Source: Tubulanus polymorphus (lineage: Eukaryota > Animalia > Nemertea). From it: a stretch of 64,000 nucleotides of DNA. Location of the stretch: NCBI RefSeq assembly GCF_964204645.1, contig NC_134029.1, positions 22,128,950-22,192,949 of the forward strand, read 5' to 3'. A model generated the notes under the pieces. That model did not search any database and was not told where the DNA came from. It worked only from the letters and a program-made list of their open reading frames with translations. This document shows, piece after piece, positions 25,701-39,300 of the stretch; position 1 is the first letter of the stretch; every line of letters begins with the position of its first letter. A program made the position numbers and the translations under genes.

Positions 25701-28700
25701 CGCTCATCGCTAACGACACTAGGAAATAGTTGAAACGGTTTTGTAACTTTTTCTCATAGCGCACGGCCAAACATACCATAACGTTGCCCCAAACGGTCGT
25801 GATAATGATGAGGAACAGCAGTAAAGCCGGCCAGTTGTATTCAATTCGATCTTCGTCGTCGTCGGGTTTTTTCGTCGTATCGTTTACGCTGATGTTGTAG
25901 GTTATATTCCACATAATGTCGCATCGGAACTCGGTAATTCGTAATCCCGACGATACATGTGTCCGTGCGTGGGTGCGCGTGAGTCTCCTCGAAACTATCG
26001 AACGTACTTTACCAGCGGCGACGATAATCCGAAAATATCGCGATCTTCACGTCGTTCGATGATTATAGATAATCCGCGCATCGCGTAATCCACTTGGCTT
26101 CCGTTACGAAAAAAATCCTTACTCGTATCGAGTATCGACCGGTTTAAACGACGCGATTAATCCAGATATTTCGGTAATTTCGACGGATTATTTCGCTAGC
26201 TGTTGTTGTTATACGAGCTAGCATCGGCGTTGACTTGTTTTTCTTTCGACCCGACAAAGTCCGTCTGTCATATCGGCGGTACGGATTCTTGAGGAGCGGC
26301 GGTATGTATTCTTGAGGAGCGTATCACGTCTCACCGTGTTATGAAATGGCTGCAAATAGAACATATTCACATCATATGTCAATTATGTATGAAAGATAGC
26401 CATCGTCATGTAAATGCGACTTGTTTTCTGACACGGGGGTCTGGTTGCTCGGCCCTGGATGGTTATTAGGTACGGAATAATGTTTAAACAATGATTCCGT
26501 TTCTGTTATATCGTCGTCGAGGTACTGTTGTTATTCATCTCGTCGTCTAACTGTTTTTAAGGTTGCCTTACGAAGATTCGATAAAAGTTGATTACTTTGA
26601 GATTCTAGTTTCAGCTGTCGCGAATACCTAGCTCATCTAATTCCAACACATCGACAATACTTACTTTTATCAGAAGGTTTAATTTTCTATCTACATACAC
26701 GAAACTATAGCCGCGATCGCGCGGGCATTTTTGGCACGGGCCAAATCATCGCTGTGTGATCGCGGCTCGTCGGTATTCTCCGAACCAGACCACTCGGTGT
26801 AGTTTGCGGCACAGCCTTATTGAACTTATTGAACTAATGCAAATGGCAGTTGGCACCTATTTTCAATGCCGTCGATTATTATTACTGTAAATCCATCAGC
26901 TTAATTAGATCTAAGTCTAGACTGTTATCCACCGTATGCGACTGTAGTACACGGTACTAACAGACTGATGGATTCGTTGAATTAGTGTCATTTGGAAGTG
27001 TGTGTCCTGGCCGCCTTAATTTGATCAGACTGTGATTTGTTAAGTGTTTGCTCTGGTGCACAGACGTCGTCGTCGTCGTTGTCGTCTTCAGTGGGACTTG
27101 CAGAGCGATGAATCGATTTTTTTCGAAGATGCAGCCAATTTGAGCGTCTTTGACAGTATACTGTTTGATATATAGTTTGTTTAATGTGTGCTACCAGTCT
27201 ATTACCTCCAAACTCTTCCGACATATACTGCACAAAATGACAGAATATCTACAAGATAGGCAGTAAAACATGACCATTCATCTTCAACACGGCTTCATCT
27301 ACTTGTCTGATGTGTTGAGTCTATCCGTGTTTACTCAAGTATAAATTAATTTTCATATTTCTCTTGAAAATGATACCGTTTCTGATTAAAATGCGTTTGT
27401 ATAATGAATAGTTTTAACTGATGGCATTTTTTCCTGTAAGTGTTTTGTTATAGGCAAAATAGTGAATAAAACCATATTATCAGTAATTTTTAGCTTACGC
27501 TTTAATGCCAGGTTTAAGGCTTCGACTTCTCTATCTCCCATAAAGGCAGACTAAATACTTCAATTTGTAGGACTGCTTGTTAGCGGATAGATTGGATGGG
27601 AACTAAATGTATTGAATTCTCGTGCGTGATACACGACAATACATGGAAATACCACGAAGTGCCCTTTTAGCCTTCATTCAGTTTTCCATAAGGCTGGTCG
27701 TTATAACTGAGCGTGTCTTTTATAACGGAATCGTTCTAAACTGACCACGATATGATAATTGTTCTTAGAAATATGGAATCATTTGAAATGTTACGCACTA
27801 TTTCACTGACTCATGGACTTATGTATACATGAAGCAGTTTCTCACCGGGGCCCTGGTACCCTAACTATCTATGTTCATGATGTTTTCACTTGCGCAACAT
27901 GGTGCCCAGTGTCGTAGCCAACAGCGAATTTACAGCAGTTCAGTGCTGATATGTCAATTTATATATATATATATCTCGATTCTGCTCAACATATTTGACT
28001 TATATTCAGTTATCTGAAACGGGAAGGCGGGAAACATCTTAAATACAGAAAGACTGTAACTTTCAACCTTTTTCTTCTAATTTATTAGAAGAAAAAACTA
28101 TCACGACGAGCTAGTTCCTGTCACGATTCTCGGTACGTGAATCAGAACTGAATCGTCGACACCGATGTCGATTCCGATTTTGAATGCTTGTTTAGAAATT
28201 AACAATAGAAAATCGATTTGTATATCGGTTACTGGTTTTCTTTTCTAATGACTAATTTCTTCTCATTCGAATCTCTGTGTGTGCCGTTCATGCTGTTCAG
28301 CGTTGTTGGGTTTAAGAGTAAGCCTATCAGAACTGAAGATCAGATGAAATGGCCGTGATCGCGCGAGCGTTTTTGTCCCGGGCTCTCCTCTTAACAGACT
28401 TCACCCGTTAAAACGCTTGTTCCGTTCTGATTGGAACGCACGTTCTAAATAATCGGCAGATTTGATACAGATCTTATTATACTATCCAGATACACCCGAG
28501 AGAGCGTTCAATTTCATCATCATTCCTCGATTCAGTTATCAGTGTTCATTAGAATATCTTATTCAAAGTTGAATATAACAATTGATTGCGTTGTCTTAAG
28601 CGGAGTAAACCCCGATCAATATCACCTGGGGGGCTGAACTTAATCTAAAACATGCCTTTTGAAGTTTATAGTAAATTTTGGGCGTAGTTCATCGACGACG

Positions 28701-28890
28701 ACGATCATCGGATGAACGATATGTAAATTGCCGACGGCGCTGGTCAATGGATCGCCTGATTTATTTATCAATCAACGCGATCGGATCGTCGTCGATCGTC
28801 GTTTTATTGGACGCCGAAAAAACACAAACGCCACGAATCAATCAATCATCACGAGTGAAGGATCGGTTTCTGACAGTTATTCATTAATGA

Positions 28891-28966
<76 letters not shown>

Positions 28967-31900
28967 GTATATGTATGCGCATATCGATAGTATATTGTCG
29001 GTAATATTATAGAATTTATTGATCAGTTTGGCGTAGATTTCTTCTTTCTAATGTTTCTCATTTTACTGCGAACCCGGTCGGTCGTTACAGTTAATGAGTA
29101 TACACTCGTTCGTCGCCCTCGAATACACCTTTCCTAACCGATTTATCTATGAGTAGTAATTGGTTTTACTAGTCGCGGGTATATGCTTACACCAATCTCT
29201 CTCTCTCTCCGGTCATTTAACTCCGTAGAACGCTTGTATGACAATAATGAATTATGTAGATTGCGGTTGTGAGTCAAACTGAGTTATGTCTTTTCGAAGT
29301 GAGAAATCCTGTTTCTCTCTTGACAGCGCCGGTCCAGAATGAAAAACGAATCCCTCGGTTTTGGCTGATTGATATCTGTTGACGAAACTTATCAATCAAA
29401 TATAGCCGCTATGGCAGCCGTTTTGGGATTTTATACGTTGGAACCGGCCTGATTACGTTAACGCAGCCTTGGTTTTGAATACATAATGAATTGCGTAGTT
29501 CGTGTTATCGACAAAACTTGAATATAGCTGCCATGGCATACCAGGCTTGTGAGCGGCCTGATTGTGTGACTGCAGCCCTGGTCTCGAATGAAAAATATAC
29601 AGACCAAACTTATCAATGAGATTAAGCTGCCATGGTAGCCATATTGGGTTTTGATGCCAGAAGTGTGATACAGTAAACAACTTATAACATCTGAATGACG
29701 CGGTCTCACTTCACACTGGAAGAAAATCTAATGGGTTTATTATCGGTCCGACTTTTCTCGCCCGGTTTTCGACGGTGCTTTTCGTCAGTTCTTGATGTAA
29801 ACTAATATCGCCTGTATTTTTCCCATTACCGTAATTACATCCTTGGTTCAAATAAGGGTCTGGTGTTCGTCATTTCAGAACATGCTACATTCCAGGTAAC
29901 GGTGAACAACGAGTAATATCTGTTTTTCAAATCTAGTCGTCATCTAATGGAAATTTCAATTCAGCTTGTATTCTGATGTTTGCGGTTTGACGGAATATGT
30001 AAAGCTGTCGTTTAATAGTTTGATGGCATAATGAAACAAACCGAAAAAAAAAATACTCAACTGGTCGACTGATATTATTATTAGTATTTCAGAGTTAATC
30101 AGCGAAACTCAGTTGATGATTTAACAGTTTATTCTGACAGTTTCTTCGAAGTTTTGACTGAAATTCATCATCAGAGAAACAAAAATAACATAATCGTGAT
30201 AAACAGTATTTTTAAGATGTAGAGTTCCTGTCCATAACCTTCCTTAGTAGACGACCGGACAGATAGATAATGATTAATGGCGAAGTTTAGATAAAACTTC
30301 AAAGTCGGAATAGATTGTGAAATCGTCAACTATTGGATTTGCTCATTAACTAACAAAAAATACTGAACAGCGTAAATGAGTTTTGAGTAATTTTCACACG
30401 TGGTGTTTGATTGGATCGCGCGACGCGTGATTGATCGAACAAAGGTCACGAAATTACATGTTATCTCGCTTCAGGGTTGCATCGAAGTAATCAATACGAT
30501 GTCCAGTCTTGTGGATACTTTTCGCCGCCGTGATTTATTTATCTACGCGATATACGATGATAGGAAAAACGACGACGATGCCTGACCGACGAGACGTTCA
30601 TCCGCGGGCAAATATCACCGATTCGATGTTCGTCGTTCGTGGCGTAATTTCATCGATACGCGCCGGTTTTATGTCTCCCTTCGTACGCGATACAATAATC
30701 ATACCTCGCTCGGTATTCAATACGTATCAATCGTATCCGATACCCCAGCAGCGGTCTTTAACCCTTTCAGTGCTGACTAATTAATACCCTATAGTGCTGG
30801 AGAAAATTTGAAAATTCTAAAAAATTCCACCCTAGTGTGTTGAACAATGGGAATACCACTATAGTGCGTCTACACCGCAGTGCGGTGTATCGTTAGTTAC
30901 TAGTATTTCACTATGTTTGACACTTTCTGCCATTTTTCAATAGAGATAATTACAAATTACTAATTACATCAATACACCGCAGTGCGGTGTACTAGCAAAA
31001 TCCATCACTGATTTATACACCGCACTGCGGTGTAGACGCACTGAAAGGGTTAAATCGTAGCTTTTCAACCATTGTCTTCACCGTCACGGGAGATGTGGCT
31101 TTTAGGGCGTGTAAACGTACACGTGATCATTACGTATCTGATATATCCGGAAAATACGAGAAATTGATTGTAGCTTTAAATCCCGGCGCGAATCGGCTCG
31201 ACGTAACCCCGAAACATCCAACAGATTCCGGTTCATCTGTTCATTATTGAAACGGTAAAACTGTAATTTCGTGTTACGCAGAGATGATGTGGCCCAGGCT
31301 AAATTGGCATGGTTCAGGCTTGAGCCAAATTCGACCCATGCCTAATTATAGAGCATGCTTACGTGTAAACCACTCACTCAATCGATACCACACAATAATC
31401 AAACAAAGCTAAGTGAGACATTTCCGCAACCAGTTTCATACGCAATAATGTGACCTGTGCTGAAATTTGGCATCAGAATTTGTTGAGTGCGATAAACTCT
31501 GAAGATGTGTGGAAGGATTCCATCTGAACAATACCAGTTGTTTAAGTTAGTTGTCGAATAAACACGATAATCCGTGTATACTGTAGATAAATGAAGAAAT
31601 CCCACACTTCGAATTAAATTATAGGATAAAATTATAGGATAGAATTTATTATTTTGAAACCACAACGTTTCGGCTGTTGACTAACAGCCATCATCAGGTG
31701 GAATGTTTATGTTGATGTTGTGGGTTTCTTGTTATGATATAGACCATTGCGTAGGTTTCAAGGGCTTGAAAAACTCTTATGTAAACAGCGTATTTATCGA
31801 GGTTCAATATCACATCAGGACTAGTTCGAGAATATGTTTACGAAAATAAAGACAAATCACCTTCGCATAAAAATGTTTTGTATAAAAAGTAATTGATGCA

Positions 31901-34900
31901 TCAGATGCCTCATTGGTTGAGCTATGTTTGGTATTATTGATCGCTGTAATTGGTCAGTTAATGCGTATTATCAATCAATGAATTAGTTTCAGTCTACTGA
32001 CTAGATGAGGGCTACGTTCAGACTCCAGGGCGCTCTCTCTCTCCTCTCTCTCTCTTGCTCATTCTCCTAGCAACTCTTTAAGTTTTCTTTGATCTCTGGC
32101 ATCAACACTCGTGAAACGACCAAAAAAATGTCGAAGCACTTTTATGGTGTTTGTGTCGTCGAGCTGAGATAATCTGGGTAAGATTTTTTTTGGTTATCCT
32201 GAAGCTAGATAAGTTTTAGGACCAAAATAGTTCTTAAGATTAAAATCAATGAGATTTCACCAGTCGGGAGATGATTTGAAATGAAAAATCAACGTGCAAG
32301 TAGAAATTTCTGCGATTCTAGTTTCAGAATTACTTGGTTCAATCATATTCTCACGCAGTGATCAGATACTGTATTTTGAGTAATTTTTGTAATTTGAGTT
32401 TAGAAAGCTGGTATCTGCACAGCCACCGAGACTTCTAAAATACTTTCTACTTCAACTGGTGCCGAATGGGTCCATGCTTGTTTTGGCCTGACCCAAAACA
32501 TTGGTCTAGGTTCTTGCTAAAAGGCACGGTTGTTATATTGGGTGTGGATACTAATTTCTCGAAGTGACCTCACATCGCTTGCCACAGTATCATTCTGATA
32601 GCATTTCAGTAACGACTTAGTGATTTCGGTGTTACCACGCTCTCTTATTTCATGCGGGTCTGGTCCGGGTTGAGTTTGACCCGCGCCAAATTCTAATCAG
32701 GCTCTTCCTCAAACTATCGATTGAATATCTACAATAAACTGATCGTCGAATCAATAGATAATGAAACGATGCCTGCAGCTGATTTCATTAGGAAATCTTG
32801 ATTTTTAGATGAAATTCTACGTGAAATACGAGAACATTAGAAATAAACGCTTTTAAACTTTGCGCGAATCGCGGAGAAAAGTCGCGCGACGGACGGAATC
32901 GGAATTTCTCGGTTAAGCGCGTGTATTTCGAAATTGAATCGATTCGATTCGTTTAGCGGTAATACGCTTCCGGAATCTCATTGAAATTGCTCGGCGAATT
33001 TCGGATACGATTACGATCGAAGATCGACTCGGGAGTTGAGACGTCGTCGCCTCGCCAATCGTTCAGGATACTCGGCGTCCACGGAAAACATGCGATAGAT
33101 TATTTTTAACGACGGCGAAAACTAATTACTGGTTAAGTTGAAGATAACGATCTTAGAGGTGAATTTTAACGCCTAGATTTTAAAAATTGTTCGAGCGAAA
33201 TTTTGTGGTCTTTCGAAGTGTCAACGCTCGTTGCTAGAGAGTCGCATGTCCTTTCTCAACTCGAAGGCCACAACTCGATTCATGTGACTGATTATCTTGG
33301 TGTCCTCTTATAAGATGGTATACTTCAATGACACTACTAATTAGTTTCCTCGTGCTATCGGGTTTTGTCGCGGACGCCCGGTTCAAGCATCGCCATCGTC
33401 GGCATTCATTATTTATAACCGATTTTCGATGAAGTGTCGCAGGAAATAATGTCACTGCTCGATGGAACGTAGTTCTGATAAAGCCGGGTGTTTGAGACCA
33501 ACAAGTTTTCAAGCGCGGATTCGATTGGTTGACAGTACGAGTCTAAATGAGCTGCAAGTGGGTGAGCGCGGATCAGGTTGATGACGGTAATGATGATGTA
33601 ACCTGTAGCATCGAGATAAATTCTGCCTAATCTGACTGTATTTGGCGATGCAGTCGAGCGTGGCGTATCTGATGTTTGTTTATATGTTTGTTAACACAAC
33701 AATGCCTTATCACATCCGAGGCCTTGCGAGCCATTGCAACCTCTTGCCAGCAGGGGTGGATTTAGCGAGGTCAGGAAAAAATCTGAAACTGCCTTCTCAT
33801 AGTTGATATTAGATATCAATATTCTCATTAGATCTTTAGCGTCAGGCCTCATTATGTCGACATTATGATCAATATCCATCACGAAATGAGTCCTTATTTC
33901 TCTCTAAATCCCAACCCTCTGAAATCCTGGATCGGCCCCTGGGTTAGAATACGGGATAAATCGCTATTGAGAGCTAGTGAGACATTGGGTGATGTTGTCA
34001 TTCGAAGATATCGCGATCGAATGCAAGAGATATCGACGCAACATATTGCCATTTCAATCTAATTTCATCCCTTTTGCCACTCAGTCATATCTCGATTTTA
34101 ATAAATGTCCCCGCGATGAGCGCGAGCCCGTTTTTCTAAATGACATTACGTATTTCGGAGCTATCGCGTCGTCTGATGAACTCGTCGTACCGAAGTCTCG
34201 AGTGTGATCTTCGTCGAAGTTTTCGGCGAAAAGCGGGAGAAACAATTTCCTCTCGTAGACAATGGTTTCGCCGGGTCTCGGGTTGACGACGACGACGTGA
34301 TGTCTGCTGCTGCGACAAATCATCGGTTAATTAGTATAAATCAACCTCATCGAAATCTGTGACATATCGCATCTGTGTTTACTGCAGATGAATGCACCAA
34401 GAGAACTCCGATCTTTTCATTGTTATAATGAAGAAGTTCCCCTGGTATCAATTTCTCATTGTTTCACGATGTATCGGATAATCACCCGGAAAATGTATAG
34501 ATTTTCCTGCATACAACGTCTCTGTAGGTGGTGAGCAGATCTCATAATACTTACATTAAAAAACTGTGATTGTAGTTTTTCTCAATTCTGTTTCTTTTTA
34601 AGTGAATTGTAATGGTTAAGATGTAAACGTAAACACCTTCCAGCATTTATGTTTATAGAGGTTTATTTTTTCAAAAGTTGATACAGCCTTAATATCAGCT
34701 CGACGAATTGTAATTGGTTCCCGCTGAACGTCAACACCCTCAGGCGTTTTGTTTATAGAGGATAAGGTCTATTTCTGTATGGTTCGAATTCAATGAAATA
34801 GAAATGAAGTTCATCCGCGGGATGAGCAATTTCAACTATTTTTAACCGAATCACCTTCCATTGATAGTATCGATATCGATCTATATTGTAAAACATGTAA

Positions 34901-36279
34901 GCAGCAGCAGCGATCGTCGAAACGGCAAAAAGAGATGAAGAGATGCTAGTAGGGTGTGGTGTAATGGATATTTGCGAAGTACGACCTTTCTTTTGATAAT
35001 TTTTACCTCATTTCGCTCGAGAGATTAAAAGTGAAATGAGATGTTTGAGAACTGGCAGTTGGAGTAATGAGGGTTGGGTTGGAGTAGAAACTTAAAATGA
35101 ACATAGCTTTCTAAACAGAATATAGCCCAAACCAAACCCGAGTCAAATTTAGCCTAGCTTTCCTAACACAATATAGACCAGACCCAACTAGACCCTAGTC
35201 AAATTTAGCCCAGCTTTCCTAACTGAATATAGCCCAGACCAGACCCGACCAAAGCCGAGTCAAATTTAGCCTAGCTTTCCTAACAGAATATAGCCCAGAC
35301 CGGACCAGACCCGACCATACCGGAGTCGAATTTAGCCTAGCTTTCCTAGCAGAATGTAGCCCAGATCAGACCTGAGTCAAATTTAGCCAGAATATTCACA
35401 CGCAAATCATTCACTCGATACTAAACAATATTGTGGCAAGAGTAACTTCCAGAACTGTGATGATTCGACCAGTGCTAAAATGTACCACGGGCCTGGTCAC
35501 GTTATTGGTTTGACCATATTTGGCCCGGGTCGTACAAGCGCAGGCCCAGTTGGCACCTTTGTGAATGTTTGTGCCGGGTCTAATGTGGGGCCAAAAATGC
35601 GATTGCGGCTTTGGATGACGTAGTAGAACTTAGAGATTTTTATGCGGTCATGCTGAATTCAGTTATATTCAGTTTCAATATTTCAATATTTGTTGAATTC
35701 AGTTTCAGAGATATATGACTGATGATGAATATCTTAATCTTAATTGTTTTCTCTGGCGACGCGGATTTTAGTCGAAACCTCAGAACATACTCATAATCAA
35801 CCAGATATCGTATCGATTGTGCGATTTTTATCTACGTCCCGAGGAAAACATTCAGCGTATGATTGTGACTAATCGTTACGATCGATATATCATATCAGCT
35901 GTTGACAACGTTTTAGAAAGTAACATGAAACGGTTTTTTTCGATTGTTATTTTTTAAATCGTGTTTCGGTGTTTCATCGAATCGCGAGAGGACGCAAATT
36001 TCCCCCTGAAATTGACTTTTATTTCGACTGCAATACAAATCGTCCAGCGATGCTAATATTTGGTCGGTCGATATTCTAATTATGGACATAAAGAACCGAT
36101 TGTTGGCTCCGTATTTACCCGGAGTAAAACCAACCCTGTCATCAGCGTCGAAGTTAAACATTACTTTCCTGCACTTCGCGGCGAAGAACATTCATCGAAA
36201 TCGATCACTTTGTATCAAAGTACTTTCTTTCACTCTTCCTTATAATATATATTTAATTATATATATATATTTAAAAATG

Positions 36280-36330
<51 letters not shown>

Positions 36331-39300
36331 CGTTGGATCGCCGAACTCCTGATCAGTTGTAAATACTTCATGGTGATAGAAGTTACCGTTCATGTTATGG
36401 TAGCTTAAAGAGCATTCAGATAACGGGGGGGGGGGGGGAGGGCACATTTGGTCAGTAGTTTACCTCATTGGCTCCAGTCTAGAGATATGCCGAAGTACTG
36501 CTTGAACCGTAATCAGAATGAACTACTCACCCCTTATTAGACCTTTTCCCTAGTACAAACTCCAATCTCAAAACTCATTTAGTTTACGGTAAACTCGAAA
36601 CACCTTTAGATTATTATATGAAACAAAGTTAAGTTTCTTTTTTTTTCAATTTGGATCGTTTCAATTTTCTCAACCTACCTTTTCGGGCATATTTTATCCA
36701 TTTTAACATGAATATATTTGTATCCGCTGCGTATGATCGTAATATTTCCCATTCGTGTTGGCAAAAAAAACGGAATATTTCAACAACTCTAAATTATTCG
36801 CGATGCCCTCGCTGAAATCAGAAATAATTCCCTATTCTCGTCTCAATGGGTCGTTGAGAGGGAATGATTTTTTTTAATGAAGGCGATCACTTTTTATGTG
36901 TGCTTTGAATTACGTCCAATCGGATTAAGAAACTGCTACTGCGCCGTACTTAATTACTCCTCTTGCCGATTGTCGTCGAGCTGTGAGCTGTCCAGTAGAT
37001 CACATTCCATTGCCGGCAATCACAATATATGCCGTTAGTTTCATCGGCGAATCAGAACGACTAATACGTAATTTATCCACGTGGAGCAGCACTGAGTCTA
37101 GTCCGCGCGGTACGACTACAGGTTCTAATCATCGTAATACTCGCCGTATTTCTTGAAAAATAAGGCGTTAAACAAGGATGTACGATGTCTGCTTTAACGT
37201 AATGATTTTAAATAGTTTTTTTTCGAAACGATGACGAATAGTATCTGTTAGACTCGTCGATTGCTGTTCGAGTAGTCTTGTAGTAAATTTACGTGCGACA
37301 CGCGAGCCGACAACTCGTAACTCGTAGTAGGATTTTACGCTAGATTTTGATGTAATATCAACGCGATGAAATCGTGTTTAGATTAATACACCGCACGATC
37401 TGCGTCATTGATTACGTTTTCGAATATTTTTTTGATACGTTAAATGTCAGGCGTTGATAGCGCTATCTCTCATCTTTATGATGTGTTTATCGTATGCGTT
37501 TGATGTGATAACTCCCTCGTAGTCGTCATCATGGTGGTCGGAGCTCGGTCTGCTGTTTATATATCGAATTTCGATCGTTCAAAAGTGTACACATGAATAA
37601 TTTATAAATCGCGATCGAATTTTGAAAATAATTTCTCGCCTGTGAAGCGAGTTCAACTGAAAAGTCAAGGTGATCGCACACTGCTGCCCCTGATTGATAA
37701 CGATTTTAGAAAAGCAAGAGTGGAAATTGATGTGAAAATTTTCAGAAGTTCTAGCTGAAAATTTTCTATGTTTTTCTACAGAATGTTCTTTTTCTGGTAT
37801 TACATTTATATCACATTCATATTTATCTTTCACTAGCACTTACTGAAATAGTAGTCACTAGCACTTACTGAAATAGTAGTCACTAGCACTTACTGAAATA
37901 GTAGTCACTAGCACTTACTGAAATAGTAGTCACTAGCACTTACTGAAATAGTAGTCACTAGCACTTACTGAAATAGTAGTCACTAGCACTTACTGAAATA
38001 GTAGTCACTAGCACTTACTGAAATAGTAGTCACTAGCACTTACTGAAATAGTAGTCACTAACACTTACTGAAATAGTAGTCACTAGCACTTACTGAAATA
38101 GTAGTCACTAGCACTTACTGAAATAGTAGTCCCTAGCACTTACTGAAATAGTAGTCACTAGCACTTACTGAAATAGTAGTCACTAGCACTTACTGAAATA
38201 GTAGTCACTAGCACTTACTGAAATAGTAGTCACTAGCACTTACTGAAATAGTAGTCACTAGCACTTACTGAAATAGTAGTCACTAGCACTTACTGAAATA
38301 GGTGTCACTAGCACTTACTGAAACAGTAGTCACTAGCACTTACTGAAATAGTAGTCACTAGCACTTACTGAAATAGTAGTCACTAGCACTTACTGAAATA
38401 GTAGTCACTAGCACTTACTGAAATAGTAGTCACTAGCACTTACTGAAATAGTAGTCACTAGCACTTACTGAAATAGTAGTCACTAGCACTTACTGAAATA
38501 GTAGTCACTAGCACTTACTGAAATAGTAGTCACTAGCAGTTACTGAAATAGTAGTCACTAGCACTTACTGAAATAGTAGTCACTAGCAGTAACTGAAATA
38601 GTAGTCATCAAGCAACTAAATTGTTTTAAAATGCATCCTTTGATTAATGTTGTTGTCATTTATCGGAGTCAGTTGTATCGGTAATGACAGTATATGTGTT
38701 TATGTAATATATTGGAGGCTGCGAGTAGCTCACTGAGTGTCATCAGTCACCAGTCACCGTCGCGCTACGTGAATCCATTAAAACCATGAAACAAAAAAAC
38801 ATAGTAATTGAGCATGAATAATAGACGTACGATGAAGGTTCATTAGATCGGTCGTAATTATCGGCCTGTATTAAAAACAAACTAAAAACTATTCCTGGCC
38901 TTGAACTGAATGGTGCCCTCCATCAGAAAACTTTTGAAAATTTGATGCTCACATATGGCCTCTGATTTCCGTTGATATAGCATAGGTCGACCGCTAACTA
39001 AATGAACAAACTTATAGAAAACATCGAATGTTTTTATTGTTAATATGTTTATAGTTGTAAGCCTAATGTTTCTGCGTAACATTGACTTAAATTCAGTCGG
39101 GTATCTGCTGATTTGATTGGATGATTATTAAAGATATATAGATATGATAATACTTTGAATATGACAAGCATCAGGACCTCAGAAATCATGATGTGATCGT
39201 CAAGAGCCGCGGCCTTCGTTTATGGACATACATTTATCGACCAATTAATTCAGCTGGAGTACTCGAAATTTATGAATACAGTGTTGTACCCTGAAGAGTG

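Noticed and set aside
37831-38607. CRISPR-like array (25-bp repeat)
   Set aside because: Units are contiguous with no unique spacers, there are no cas genes, and the context is a eukaryotic intron.
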